64,000 nt of DNA from NCBI GenBank assembly GCA_963706575.1, contig CAVPNL010000009.1, positions 24,083 through 88,082 of the forward strand. The letters are read 5' to 3'. Numbering within the stretch: the stretch's first letter is position 1; every line of letters begins with the position of its first letter. Source of the stretch: an uncultured delta proteobacterium (GTDB lineage Bacteria > Desulfobacterota > Desulfobacteria > Desulfobacterales > JAHEIW01). A program made the translations under genes and the position numbers. The notes beneath the pieces are model-generated. The model was not told the origin of the DNA and made no database searches. It worked only from the letters and a program-made list of their open reading frames with translations. Shown here piece after piece: positions 26,806 through 36,986 of the stretch.

Positions 26806-27873
26806 ATGAATCTACCAGAAAAAATGACGGCGGCGGTGCTTTACGGAATGAATGACGTCAGGGTTGTTGAGCGAAGGGTACCGGTTCCCGGTCCGGAAGA
26901 AGCATTAATCAAGGTTGCGGCCTGCGGCGTTTGCGGAGGAGATATCAAGATAATCACAAAGGGCATGCCGAACCAACCCCCTTTTGGAGAGTTCATTATC
27001 GGCCACGAATACGCCGGAACCATTGTTGCCCTGGGGGACGGGATTGATGAATTCAAAATTGGCGATCGCGTTGCGGTTGAAGTGCACAAAGGCTGCGGCC
27101 GTTGCAAAAATTGCCTGGTGGGAAAATACACAGTATGCCTCAATTACGGCAATTTTGACAAAGGACACCGGGCCAACGGCTTTACGACAAACGGCGGCTT
27201 TGCGGAATTTGCGGTCAATCATGTGAATACGATTTGCAGGATACCCGACCATATATCACTTGATGAAGCCACCTTAATTACCACCGCCGGAACTTCACTG
27301 TATGGCATTGACATGGCCGGGGGATATGTGCCCGGAGATACAATCGCCGTCTTGGGGCCGGGAGCCATTGGCCTGATGAGTGTTCAATGCTGTAAAGCAG
27401 TTGGGGCTGGAACGGTTGTCCTCACCGGAACGCGAGACGATCGACTTGAGCTGGGAAAAAAACTGGGTGCAGACCGGGTAATCAACGTCAAAAATAGCTC
27501 GCCGGTTGAAAAAATTAAAGAAATTACAGGAGGTATCGGGGCGGATCTGGTTCTGATTACCTCCGGCAGTGAAGATAGCCTGGAACAGGCGCTGAAAATG
27601 ACGCGCCGAGGCGGAAATATTACGATCCTTGCCCACTTTGATGAACCGGTAATGACTGATATTGGATGGGCGGTCAAAAATGGGATTAACCTGTATACGG
27701 TGAGGGGCGAAGGTCGAATGAGTGTGCATCGCGCCCTTTCGCTGATGTCTCAGAAAAAAATCGATGGAAACGCCCTTATTACCCACACTTTTCCTTTGAA
27801 AGAAATTAATAAAGCCCTGACGACCTTCACTGAAAGACGTGAAGGGGCAATAAAGGTCGTGGTTCACCCCTGA
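26806..27873 (+). CDS. Zinc-dependent alcohol/polyol dehydrogenase (MDR family), paralogue B
   Basis: The ATG at 26806 is preceded by AGGAGG. The protein is 355 aa, collinear with paralogue A, and about two-thirds identical by eye. Same zinc and Rossmann motifs. Confidence 0.85.
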   Translation: MNLPEKMTAAVLYGMNDVRVVERRVPVPGPEEALIKVAACGVCGGDIKIITKGMPNQPPFGEFIIGHEYAGTIVALGDGIDEFKIGDRVAVEVHKGCGRCKNCLVGKYTVCLNYGNFDKGHRANGFTTNGGFAEFAVNHVNTICRIPDHISLDEATLITTAGTSLYGIDMAGGYVPGDTIAVLGPGAIGLMSVQCCKAVGAGTVVLTGTRDDRLELGKKLGADRVINVKNSSPVEKIKEITGGIGADLVLITSGSEDSLEQALKMTRRGGNITILAHFDEPVMTDIGWAVKNGINLYTVRGEGRMSVHRALSLMSQKKIDGNALITHTFPLKEINKALTTFTERREGAIKVVVHP

Positions 27874-27986
27874 TCTTTTTTATTTAGCTCAGTAAGCCCT
27901 TTTGATATAATCTTTTTTTAGCGGCCTTAACAGGACGAGGCGCTTAATCTGCCCGAGGCGGAATAACCAATTTTAGGAGAGTTCCT

Positions 27987-29369
27987 ATGGAGCGTAGTAA
28001 AATATTTAAACTCTTAAAATCCGATCGCCCTATGGATCAGGTGCTGATAAAAGGATGGGTGCGCACCCGGCGCGATTCCAAGGGGTTTTCCTTCATCGAA
28101 GTCAACGACGGCTCCAGCCTGAAAAACATCCAGGTAGTGGCCGACGAAAAGCTGCCCAATTATGATGACATCAAAAAGCTGACCACCGGCTCGGCACTGG
28201 CTGTTGAGGGACAGCTCGTGAAATCCAAAGGGGGTGGGCAGAAATGGGAGATTCAGGCCGGCGGGGTGGAGGTCATTCACCTGGCCCCGGAAGACTTTCC
28301 GTTGCAGAAAAAACGCCACACCGATGAATTTTTAAGAACCATCGCCCACCTGCGGCCCCGCACCAACAAATACGGTGCGGCCTTTCGCATCCGCTCCGAG
28401 ATGGCCTACGGGGTTCACAAATTCTTCCGGGACCGTGGTTTTCGTTATCTGCATTCACCGATTCTGACCGGTTCGGATTGTGAAGGCGCCGGGGAGCTGT
28501 TTCGGGTAACCACCCTGGATTTGAACCATCCACCCCAAAAAGAAAGCAAAGCGGATTATCAGCAGGATTTTTTCGGCAAAGAAGCCAATCTGACAGTATC
28601 AGGGCAATTGTCGGCTGAGATGTTTGCCCTGGCCCTGGGAGATGTCTACACCTTCGGGCCCACCTTCCGGGCGGAAAATTCTAATACCCGACGCCATGCT
28701 GCCGAGTTCTGGATGGTGGAACCGGAGATGGCCTTCTGTGACCTTGAAGGCAATATGGACCTGGGCGAAGCACTCATTCGAGAGTTGACCACTTATGCCA
28801 TGGACGAGTGCGTCGAAGATCTGGAGCTGTTTGCCAGATGGGTGGATAAAACCCTGATGGCCACGCTGGAAAACATTGCGCAGTCCGACTACATCCGTCT
28901 GCCTTACCGCGAGGCCGTGGATATCTTGAATCAGTCCGGCAAAAAATTTGAGTATCCGGTCAACTTCGGCAATGATTTGCAGACCGAACATGAACGCTTT
29001 CTGACCGAAGATCACTTTAAAAAGCCCGTCATTGTCTATGACTATCCCAAATCCATCAAGCCTTTTTATATGCGGGTTAATGAAGATGAAGAGACGGTTG
29101 CCGCTATGGATGTTCTGGTGCCGCGTATCGGTGAGATTATCGGCGGCAGTCAGCGTGAGGAACGCCTGGATGTACTGGAAGCCCGTATTGACGAAATGAA
29201 AATGGACAGAGCCCCTCTGTGGTGGTATCTGGACGCCCGCCGCTACGGCAGCGTACCCCACAGCGGCTTTGGTTTGGGCTTTGAGCGCTTTTTGATGATG
29301 ATCACCGGCATCCGCAACATCCGGGACGTGATCCCATTTCCGAGGACGCCCAACAACATCGATTTTTAA
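27987..29369 (+). CDS. asnS: Asparagine--tRNA ligase
   Basis: N-terminal OB-fold (VLIKGWVRTRRDSKGFSFIEVNDGS) and class II motifs (FRAENSNTRRHAAEFWMVEPE, GFGLGFERF). 460 aa. Confidence 0.88.
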   Translation: MERSKIFKLLKSDRPMDQVLIKGWVRTRRDSKGFSFIEVNDGSSLKNIQVVADEKLPNYDDIKKLTTGSALAVEGQLVKSKGGGQKWEIQAGGVEVIHLAPEDFPLQKKRHTDEFLRTIAHLRPRTNKYGAAFRIRSEMAYGVHKFFRDRGFRYLHSPILTGSDCEGAGELFRVTTLDLNHPPQKESKADYQQDFFGKEANLTVSGQLSAEMFALALGDVYTFGPTFRAENSNTRRHAAEFWMVEPEMAFCDLEGNMDLGEALIRELTTYAMDECVEDLELFARWVDKTLMATLENIAQSDYIRLPYREAVDILNQSGKKFEYPVNFGNDLQTEHERFLTEDHFKKPVIVYDYPKSIKPFYMRVNEDEETVAAMDVLVPRIGEIIGGSQREERLDVLEARIDEMKMDRAPLWWYLDARRYGSVPHSGFGLGFERFLMMITGIRNIRDVIPFPRTPNNIDF

Positions 29370-29521
29370 TCTGAAGAATTTTTCACACTCAACTCAAATG
29401 GATTAAAATGCAGCACGCGGAATGGTCTCCGGTGTTGAATGTTTTGTAAGCGTTTGACTTCTTTAAAGAAAAAAGGGTAAAATATGATTGGAAACCGAAT
29501 CTTAAAGAAAGGCCCTTTGCA

Positions 29522-30019
29522 ATGAGCAATATAGAGCGTGGAAAACTGATTCTCAAAGAAGTGCCGGCCGGAGAAGTCGAAAAAAAAGTCGTTATGCTGC
29601 TTTCGAAATTTGCAAAAAGTGCTTCCATTGAGGAGTTAACGCAAAAGGTCAGAAATACACCCTACGCGCTCAGCAATGATATTGCGGCTGAAAAGGCCGT
29701 ATTGATCCTGGAAGCATTTCAAAAATTCGGTGCAACGGCCGTGTTTATACCCCATATGACTGAAAAGCCGGCAACCGAACCGGTTACGCCTGTCAAAATG
29801 GAATCAGAGCCCCGCTTTACATTTGACCCTCGACCGGATTTTGAAGAAGAGCCCCCTCCCGTTAAACCGGCAGCTAAAAAGAACGGCAGCCGTCGGTTGA
29901 CAGTTATTTTGGTCACCATTTTGCTGCTGCTGTCATTGGGCTATCTCGCCTGGCAGCTCCGGCCGGTCCTGGAAGATAAGGTCATTGAATTGTGGTCCTA
30001 TCTCAAGCAACTCCTCTAA
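29522..30019 (+). CDS. Hypothetical C-terminally membrane-anchored protein
   Basis: Soluble N-terminal domain of about 75 aa, a Pro/Glu-rich linker, and one C-terminal TM helix (LTVILVTILLLLSLGYLAW). Confidence 0.5.
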   Translation: MSNIERGKLILKEVPAGEVEKKVVMLLSKFAKSASIEELTQKVRNTPYALSNDIAAEKAVLILEAFQKFGATAVFIPHMTEKPATEPVTPVKMESEPRFTFDPRPDFEEEPPPVKPAAKKNGSRRLTVILVTILLLLSLGYLAWQLRPVLEDKVIELWSYLKQLL

Positions 30020-30023
30020 AAGC

Positions 30024-30150
30024 AAGTGAGCTAAAGTTAGAAATGATCTAAAGTGCCTAAAGTTGATGAATCCTATCAATTTTATAAAAGATGGAGCGCA
30101 GCGACACCTTAACTTTAGGCACTTCCAACTTTAGTTCACTTTAGTCACGT
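30024..30150. repeat. MITE-like stutter palindrome (CTAAAGT words), reverse-oriented copy of the 17623-17751 element
   Basis: The core ttttataaaagatggagcgcagcgacacc is the reverse complement of the core at about 17665-17693 apart from two transitions. Arms are built from ctaaagt / actttag words. Confidence 0.75.
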
Positions 30151-30229
30151 TTTTATGGTGCCATTGGAAACGGTCTACGATTTTTGAGGGATTTGTTAAA
30201 ACAAAAGATAGGATACAAGCAATAAGGGA

Positions 30230-30619
30230 TTATTTCTTGTGATGGTTTTCGATTTGCACTAAACCATCTTGCAGATCCGGAACATTAAAATTCACCAACA
30301 GGCCCCGGTTCAGGCCGGATAGTTTCAGGAAAGCCAGAAGCTGCGATTTGTGTATGGATTCAATTTTTTCACAGAATTTTAATTCCACAATCACCGAATC
30401 CTCAACCACCAGATTCATCCTGTAGCCGCAGTCCAGGATGCGGCCTTTATAATTTTGCTGCACCGGCAGCGGTTTCTGCCGTTCAAAGGACAACTCCCGC
30501 TGGTTAAGCTCATAACAGAGGCATTCTTCATATTCAGCTTTATGCAGCCCCGGCCCCGAGGCGCGATGAACCTCTTTGGCAGCGGATATTATTTTCTCGG
30601 TCAATTGATCCGTATTCAT
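30230..30619 (-). CDS. GxxExxY protein (PD-(D/E)XK-like)
   Basis: GPGLHKAEYEECL motif and the later ...VVEDSVIVELK... segment, typical of the GxxExxY family. 129 aa. Confidence 0.8.
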   Translation of the reverse strand: MNTDQLTEKIISAAKEVHRASGPGLHKAEYEECLCYELNQRELSFERQKPLPVQQNYKGRILDCGYRMNLVVEDSVIVELKFCEKIESIHKSQLLAFLKLSGLNRGLLVNFNVPDLQDGLVQIENHHKK

Positions 30620-30857
30620 GGATATGGCTTCTCCGGTAAGGCGGTCAGATGATTCTGCGTTTCAGCTAGTTGATACTAAAACCACATCCAATATTCAAGT
30701 GACAAATACAATTTAGGTAAAAGTTATGTAAAAGGTGCCCGGCCCATCTTGACTGCCGGGTTGGTTCTTTATAAAATTTTAGCATAAACATATTTGAGAT
30801 AGGTTCTACCAAGTTCATACGATTTACATTTCAGCGCATTTTCTGGGAGCACCGTCT

Positions 30858-33800
30858 ATGAAATTAAAAAATTTTATTTTTCTAATCGCCGCAATCTTAC
30901 TGCTGACCGCATCTGCCGGGGCTGAAGATGCTGCCCACCTTCAAATTCGCGGGCAGGCGCAAAAGGCTTACACCAATGGCAACTGGAAAGATGCGTTTGA
31001 CCTGTATCGCCAGCTGAGCCTGGAAATACAAAACGACCCCAAAAGAATCGGTAAAGATTTTACCCAGGCCTGGCAATGTCTGCGCCAGCTAAATCGATTA
31101 AGTGAACTGGACGCATTCCGCGAAAACGTCATTCAGCGCCACGCCGACAACTGGCGCCTGATGCAGGATGCCGCCCGCAGCTACAGCCAGAACGACCACG
31201 GGGGATATATGGTGGCCGGTGAATTCCACCGCGGCCATCACCGCGGCGGCGGCAAATATGTCAACGCCATTGCCCGTGATCGCGTTCGCGCCCTGCAGCT
31301 GGTGAAGCAGTCCATGGAACCGGCGGAAAAAGATCCGGCAAAATCAGAGGTCGCTCAATTTTACCTGCAGTTTGCCGGCCTTATTCAGCAGCACCGCGGC
31401 GCCAACCAAGCCTGGCGGCTGCAGTATCTGACCGATCTCACCCGGCTGCCGGACTATGAGCCCGGATACGGCTATGAATATGACCAGCGCACCCAGGGGG
31501 CACCGGTGGATGATGCGGGCCAACCCGTGTATCATGAACTTCCAGAAAGCTTTGAAACCGCTGCTTCAGACGGGGAACGCTGGCGCTGGCTGCTGGCAAG
31601 AGCCGCACAACTTAATTCAGGGCTGAATTCTTATGTGGACTATACCTGGGCTGCCTTTTTGCATCAGCAATTTGGTGTCCAGACGCTGGTCAATTATGGC
31701 GCCCTATACGGCCGCAGGCGTCCGCTGGATAAAGAAGATAAAGAAAAAGATCAAAGCAGCCCCTATGAAGTGCACACCTTAACCGATCAAGAAACTATCG
31801 CCAAACTGGCGGTGGGGGTACGGCGCTTTGATCTGCCCCGGGAATATAACTTTATTCAGATGTTCAAAGCCATGCTTGAGGACACCATCGGCGGTTATGC
31901 CGGTAATGCCGCTCAAACGCTGGCGCAAATTTATGAAAACCGCAGACAATATGACCGGGCCGTCAACTACTGGAAAATTTATGAAACGTATAACCGGTCC
32001 GTCGCCCGGCAGCGTATCGACCAGATCACCAAAAACTGGGGAGTATTTGAACCCGCCGGTATTCAGCCGGCGGGCACAGCCCCCGGCGTTGAATACCGAT
32101 TCCGCAACGCCCGTCAGGTGGAATTTGTCGCCTACCGCATCCGGGTCAACCGCCTTCTTGCGGATGTCAAAGCTTATATCCGCTCCCAACCCCGCAGACT
32201 GGACTGGCAAAAAGTAAACCTGAACAATATCGGCTGGCGCATCGTGCACGAAAATCAAACCCGCTATGTCGGCCAGCAGGTCGCATCCTGGCAAATGGCG
32301 CTTGACCCCGACAAGCACCACTGGGATCGCCACGTGACGGTCAAATTCCCCGATGCCCTCAAAGCTGCCGGGTCTTATCTGGTGGTGGCCAGGATGCCGC
32401 AAGGCAACAGCGCCCGCATCGTCATCTGGGTGGCCGACACGGTAATCGTTAAAAAACCACTTAAACAAAAAATGCTCTACTACGTGGCCGATGCGGTCAG
32501 CGGCAGAGCCCTTTCGGGGGTGGAAATTGATTTTTTCGGCTACCGCACCGAGCGCATTAAAGGAACCCAGCGTCATCGCGTGATTCACAAGCATTTAAAG
32601 AAGCAAACCGGTTCAGACGGCCTGGTGGTGATCAATCCGGCCGATATGTCCCAGCAAATGTCCTGGCTGGCCACCGTGGCCGATGGTGAAGGCCGTCTGG
32701 CCTTTCTGGGTTTTACCAATGTCTGGTATCCCAATTACTACGACACCGAATACAATCAGACCAAAACCCTGATTATGACCGACCGCCCTGTTTATCGACC
32801 GGCTCAGACCGTCAAGTTTAAGGCCTGGGTGCGCCATGCCAAATACGACCAAGAAGACACCTCAAGCTTTGCCGGCCGGCGTTTTACAGTACACATCCAC
32901 AACCCCAAAAATGAACAGATTTATTCCCAAACACTGACGGCCGATGCTTACGGCGGTATCGAAGGCGAATTTAAGCTGGTTGCCGAAGCCGCTCTGGGCG
33001 TCTACCGCATCTCCCATGGAGGCGGCAGCGTTTACGGCGGCCAGACCTTCCGGGTGGAAGAGTACAAAAAACCCGAATTTGAAGTCCTCGTGGAAGCCCC
33101 GGCGGAGCCGGTCATGCTGGGCGAAAAGATCACGGCTAAGATCAAAGCCGCCTATTACTTCGGCTCTGCGGTAACTGAAGCCACGGTGACGTATAAAGTG
33201 CTGCGCAGCGAGCACGACAGTCGCTGGTATCCGTCCTTTTACTGGGACTGGTTTTACGGTCCCGGTTACTGGTGGTATGCCTATGACTATCCCTGGTACC
33301 CGGGATGGGAAAACTGGGGCTGCCTGCGGCCCGTCTGGTCCTGGTGGCAGCACTGGCCGCGCCAGCAGCCCGAAATTGTGGCCGACGGCGAAGTTAAAAT
33401 CGGCAAAGACGGCACGGTTAACATTACTATCGATACCGCACTGGCCAAACTCATCCATGGCGACAGTGATCACCGCTATACCATCAAAGCCGAAGTCCGC
33501 GATCAGTCCCGGCGCACGATTGTCGGGCAGGGAGACGTGCTGGCAGCCCGCAAGCCTTTTAAAGTGTATGCCTGGCTGGAGGGCGGCCATTACCGGGTCG
33601 GCCATACCATTAAGGCCAGTTTCAAAGCCCAGACATTGGATCAAAAACCGGTCCGCGGTCAGGGTCAACTGAAATTGATGCGCATCACCTATCAAAACAA
33701 CAAACCGCAAGAAACGCAGGTTGCTCGATGGCCTTTAAATACCGACGCCGAAGGCCACGCCGCTCTGCAAATCCAGGCCTCCCGCCCAGGACAATACCGG

Positions 33801-36800
33801 CTCTCCTACACCGTCACCGATGCCAAAAATCATTCCATTGAAGGCGGCTATATTTTTACCGTGCGCGGCCAAGGCGATGACGGTGCCGCATACCGTTTTG
33901 CCAGAATCGAGCTGATCACCGATAAGGCCGAATATGCGCCCGGAGACACCGTGCGGCTGCAGGTCAATACCGACCGCCAGGGCGCTGCAGTGTTGCTGTT
34001 CGTGCGCCCGGTCAACGGAGTTTACCTGCCGCCCAAAGTACTGCCCATGAGCGGAAAGAGCGCTCTGGAAGAAATACGGATTTCAAAAAGAGATATGCCC
34101 AATTTTTTTGTGGAAGCGGTCACGGTGTACGACGGCAAGGTGCACAGTGACATCCGTGAAGTTGTGGTCCCGCCTGAAAAGCGGGTCCTCAACGTTAAGG
34201 TCACCCCTTCCAAAACAGACTATCGTCCCGGACAAAAAGCCAGGCTCAACCTGGAGCTGACGGATTTTTACGGCGAACCCTTTCAGGGATCCACCGTGAT
34301 CAGTGTCTATGACCGTGCGGTGGAATATATTTCCGGCGGTTCCAACGTTCCGGAAATCAGAAGCTTTTTCTGGAAGTGGCGGCGGCATCATCGACTAAAC
34401 CAGCAGTCCAATCTGGCACGCTGGTTTTATAACCTCTTAAAGAAAAACGAAATTCCCATGAAAAATATCGGGGCCTTCGGGCATCTGATGGTGCCGACGG
34501 CCCCCGGCAAGGGGCAGTCGCTGGAAGCGAAAAAAGCCCGGCCCCAGGTTGCGGCCGAAGCCGGTGCGGCCAGGGCCCCGTCACCGGCCGAGGCCGATGA
34601 ATCCAGCCCGGCTGTTCAGCTCAAAAAAGATGCTGTCGACCTGTTTGGCGACAAGGAACGCCAGGCCGGAAAACCTGAAGATCTGGTCCAGCCCAGCGTA
34701 CGCACGCAATTTGCCGACACAGCCTTCTGGTCGGGAAGTATAACCACAGACTCGGAAGGTAAAGCTGTGGTGGAATTCAGCATGCCCGAAAACCTGACCG
34801 GCTGGAAGGTGAACGTCTGGGCCATGGGCCATGGAACCAAGGTCGGCGAGGGTCGTGCCGATGTGGTCACGCGCAAGGATCTGATCGTGCGCCTGCAGGC
34901 ACCCCGGTTTTTTGTGGAAACCGATGAGGTCGTGCTTTCGGCCAACGTTCATAATTACTTAAAAAACCGCAAGACCGCTAAAGTCCTGCTGGAGCTTGAC
35001 GGTGGCTGTCTGGCACTGATCAAAGGCCAGAAACAAACACGAACGGTCTCGGTTGACGCGAACGGCGAAAAGCGGGTGGACTGGCGCGTTAAGGTACTAA
35101 AAGAAGGTGAAGCGGTGGTTCGCATGAAAGCCTTGACCGATGAAGAATCCGATGCCATGCAGATGCGCTTTCCGGTTTACGTGCACGGGATGGTTAAGCA
35201 GGTGCCTAAATCCGGCGTTATCCGCGCCAACCAGACCCGGGCCCGGATCAAATTTAAAGTCCCGGCAGCACGGCGGGTGGCGCAATCCCGTCTGGAGCTG
35301 CGGTATTCACCGACGCTGGCCGGCGCCATGGTGGATGCCCTGCCATACCTGGTCAGCTACCCTTACGGCTGCACCGAGCAGACCTTAAATCGTTTCCTGC
35401 CGACGGTAATCACCCAGCAAACATTAAAGCGCATGGGTGTCAATTTGGCAGATATTGAAAACAAGCGGTCCAATCTCAATGCGCAGGAAATCGGTGACGA
35501 TCAACAGCGCGCCGCACAATGGCGCCGCTATGATCACAGCCCGGTATTTGACGAAGACGAGGTGGCGGCCATGGTCAGCGCCGGCGTCAAACGTCTGGCC
35601 GCCATGCAGCTCTCCGACGGCGGCTGGGGCTGGTTCAGCGGTTATGGTGAACATTCCTATCCCCATACCACCGCTGTGGTCATCCATGGGCTGCAGATTG
35701 CCCGTGAAAACAAGGCAGCGATACCCGGCGGTGTGATCGAACGGGGCGTGCAGTGGCTCAAGGATTATCAGGCCAAAGAAATTGAGCGCCTGATTCTGTG
35801 GGACCGCACCAAAAAGAAAGGCAAATCCCGGGCCGATAACCTGGATGCCTTTGTCTACATGGTTTTGACCGATGAAGCCTTTGAAAATAAAAAAATGCGC
35901 GACTATCTATACCGCGATCGTAATTCGCTGGCGGTCTATGCCAAGGCCATGTTCGGCATGGCCCTGGTCAAAGCCGAAGACAGCCCGAAACTTGCCATGA
36001 TCATCAAAAACATCGAGCAATTTCTGGTGCGCGATGCTGAAAACCAGACCGCTTATCTGAATCTTCCCAACTCCAATTACTGGTGGTACTGGTACGGCTC
36101 CGAGTATGAAGCCCACGCTTACTATCTGAAGCTGTTGTCGCAAACGGATCCATCGGGTGAAACGGCATCCGGTCTGGTCAAGTATCTGCTCAACAACCGC
36201 AAGCACGCCACCTACTGGAACAGCACCCGCGATACAGCTGTGATCGTAGAAGCCTTTGCCGATTACCTGGCCGCCAGCGGCGAGGCCGCACCGGATCTGA
36301 CCCTGGATATCTTTTTTAACAATCAAAAAATGAAAACGGTTCGGATCACCGCCGAAAACCTGTTTACCTTTGACAACATATTCGTGCTCGAAGGCAAACA
36401 AATTCCTACCGGCAGCCACACGATTACGCTTAAAAAATCCGGCAGGGGCCCTGTCTACTTTAATGCCTACCTGGATTATTTTACCCTGGAAGACTTTATC
36501 ACCAAAGCGGGTCTGGAGATCAAAGTGCAGCGCCGGGTTTTTCGTCTAAAGGAAATCGAAAAAAAGATTAAAGATGCCGGTTCCCACGGGCAGGTGGTAG
36601 ACCGCAAGGTCGAAAGGTACGAGCGCGAACTCCTTGAAAATATGGCGGTTTTAAAAAGCGGCGATCAGGTTGAAGTGGAGCTGGTGATTGAAAGCAAAAA
36701 CGATTACGAATACCTGGTTTTTGAGGACATGAAAGCCGCCGGTTTCGAGCCGGTGGAGGTGCGCAGCGGTTATACCGGCAATGAAATGGGAGCGTACGTG

Positions 36801-36986
36801 GAGTTTCGCGACCAGAAGGTGGCCTTCTTTGTTCGCCGGCTGGCAAGGGGCAAACACAGCGTCAGCTACCGTTTGCGGGCGGAGATCCCGGGTAAATTCA
36901 GCGCGCTTCCCACCAGAGCATACGCCATGTACGCACCGGAACTCAAAGCCAATTCGGATGAGATTAAATTCATCATTAATGATTAG
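30858..36986 (+). CDS. Alpha-2-macroglobulin family protein with thioester motif (2042 aa)
   Basis: Signal peptide without a lipobox. An N-terminal region of about 400 aa is probably helical-repeat. Macroglobulin-like beta domains follow. Thioester YPYGCTEQTLNRF has CTEQ at 35371-35382. A C-terminal receptor-binding-like domain closes the protein. Confidence 0.88.
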   Translation: MKLKNFIFLIAAILLLTASAGAEDAAHLQIRGQAQKAYTNGNWKDAFDLYRQLSLEIQNDPKRIGKDFTQAWQCLRQLNRLSELDAFRENVIQRHADNWRLMQDAARSYSQNDHGGYMVAGEFHRGHHRGGGKYVNAIARDRVRALQLVKQSMEPAEKDPAKSEVAQFYLQFAGLIQQHRGANQAWRLQYLTDLTRLPDYEPGYGYEYDQRTQGAPVDDAGQPVYHELPESFETAASDGERWRWLLARAAQLNSGLNSYVDYTWAAFLHQQFGVQTLVNYGALYGRRRPLDKEDKEKDQSSPYEVHTLTDQETIAKLAVGVRRFDLPREYNFIQMFKAMLEDTIGGYAGNAAQTLAQIYENRRQYDRAVNYWKIYETYNRSVARQRIDQITKNWGVFEPAGIQPAGTAPGVEYRFRNARQVEFVAYRIRVNRLLADVKAYIRSQPRRLDWQKVNLNNIGWRIVHENQTRYVGQQVASWQMALDPDKHHWDRHVTVKFPDALKAAGSYLVVARMPQGNSARIVIWVADTVIVKKPLKQKMLYYVADAVSGRALSGVEIDFFGYRTERIKGTQRHRVIHKHLKKQTGSDGLVVINPADMSQQMSWLATVADGEGRLAFLGFTNVWYPNYYDTEYNQTKTLIMTDRPVYRPAQTVKFKAWVRHAKYDQEDTSSFAGRRFTVHIHNPKNEQIYSQTLTADAYGGIEGEFKLVAEAALGVYRISHGGGSVYGGQTFRVEEYKKPEFEVLVEAPAEPVMLGEKITAKIKAAYYFGSAVTEATVTYKVLRSEHDSRWYPSFYWDWFYGPGYWWYAYDYPWYPGWENWGCLRPVWSWWQHWPRQQPEIVADGEVKIGKDGTVNITIDTALAKLIHGDSDHRYTIKAEVRDQSRRTIVGQGDVLAARKPFKVYAWLEGGHYRVGHTIKASFKAQTLDQKPVRGQGQLKLMRITYQNNKPQETQVARWPLNTDAEGHAALQIQASRPGQYRLSYTVTDAKNHSIEGGYIFTVRGQGDDGAAYRFARIELITDKAEYAPGDTVRLQVNTDRQGAAVLLFVRPVNGVYLPPKVLPMSGKSALEEIRISKRDMPNFFVEAVTVYDGKVHSDIREVVVPPEKRVLNVKVTPSKTDYRPGQKARLNLELTDFYGEPFQGSTVISVYDRAVEYISGGSNVPEIRSFFWKWRRHHRLNQQSNLARWFYNLLKKNEIPMKNIGAFGHLMVPTAPGKGQSLEAKKARPQVAAEAGAARAPSPAEADESSPAVQLKKDAVDLFGDKERQAGKPEDLVQPSVRTQFADTAFWSGSITTDSEGKAVVEFSMPENLTGWKVNVWAMGHGTKVGEGRADVVTRKDLIVRLQAPRFFVETDEVVLSANVHNYLKNRKTAKVLLELDGGCLALIKGQKQTRTVSVDANGEKRVDWRVKVLKEGEAVVRMKALTDEESDAMQMRFPVYVHGMVKQVPKSGVIRANQTRARIKFKVPAARRVAQSRLELRYSPTLAGAMVDALPYLVSYPYGCTEQTLNRFLPTVITQQTLKRMGVNLADIENKRSNLNAQEIGDDQQRAAQWRRYDHSPVFDEDEVAAMVSAGVKRLAAMQLSDGGWGWFSGYGEHSYPHTTAVVIHGLQIARENKAAIPGGVIERGVQWLKDYQAKEIERLILWDRTKKKGKSRADNLDAFVYMVLTDEAFENKKMRDYLYRDRNSLAVYAKAMFGMALVKAEDSPKLAMIIKNIEQFLVRDAENQTAYLNLPNSNYWWYWYGSEYEAHAYYLKLLSQTDPSGETASGLVKYLLNNRKHATYWNSTRDTAVIVEAFADYLAASGEAAPDLTLDIFFNNQKMKTVRITAENLFTFDNIFVLEGKQIPTGSHTITLKKSGRGPVYFNAYLDYFTLEDFITKAGLEIKVQRRVFRLKEIEKKIKDAGSHGQVVDRKVERYERELLENMAVLKSGDQVEVELVIESKNDYEYLVFEDMKAAGFEPVEVRSGYTGNEMGAYVEFRDQKVAFFVRRLARGKHSVSYRLRAEIPGKFSALPTRAYAMYAPELKANSDEIKFIIND

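Noticed and set aside
31779-33710. Several long minus-strand ORFs (271 aa, 282 aa and others) inside the A2M gene
   Set aside because: All are antisense to a continuous 2042-aa ORF with a thioester motif. Their compositions (G/A/R/P-rich) fit GC-rich shadow frames.
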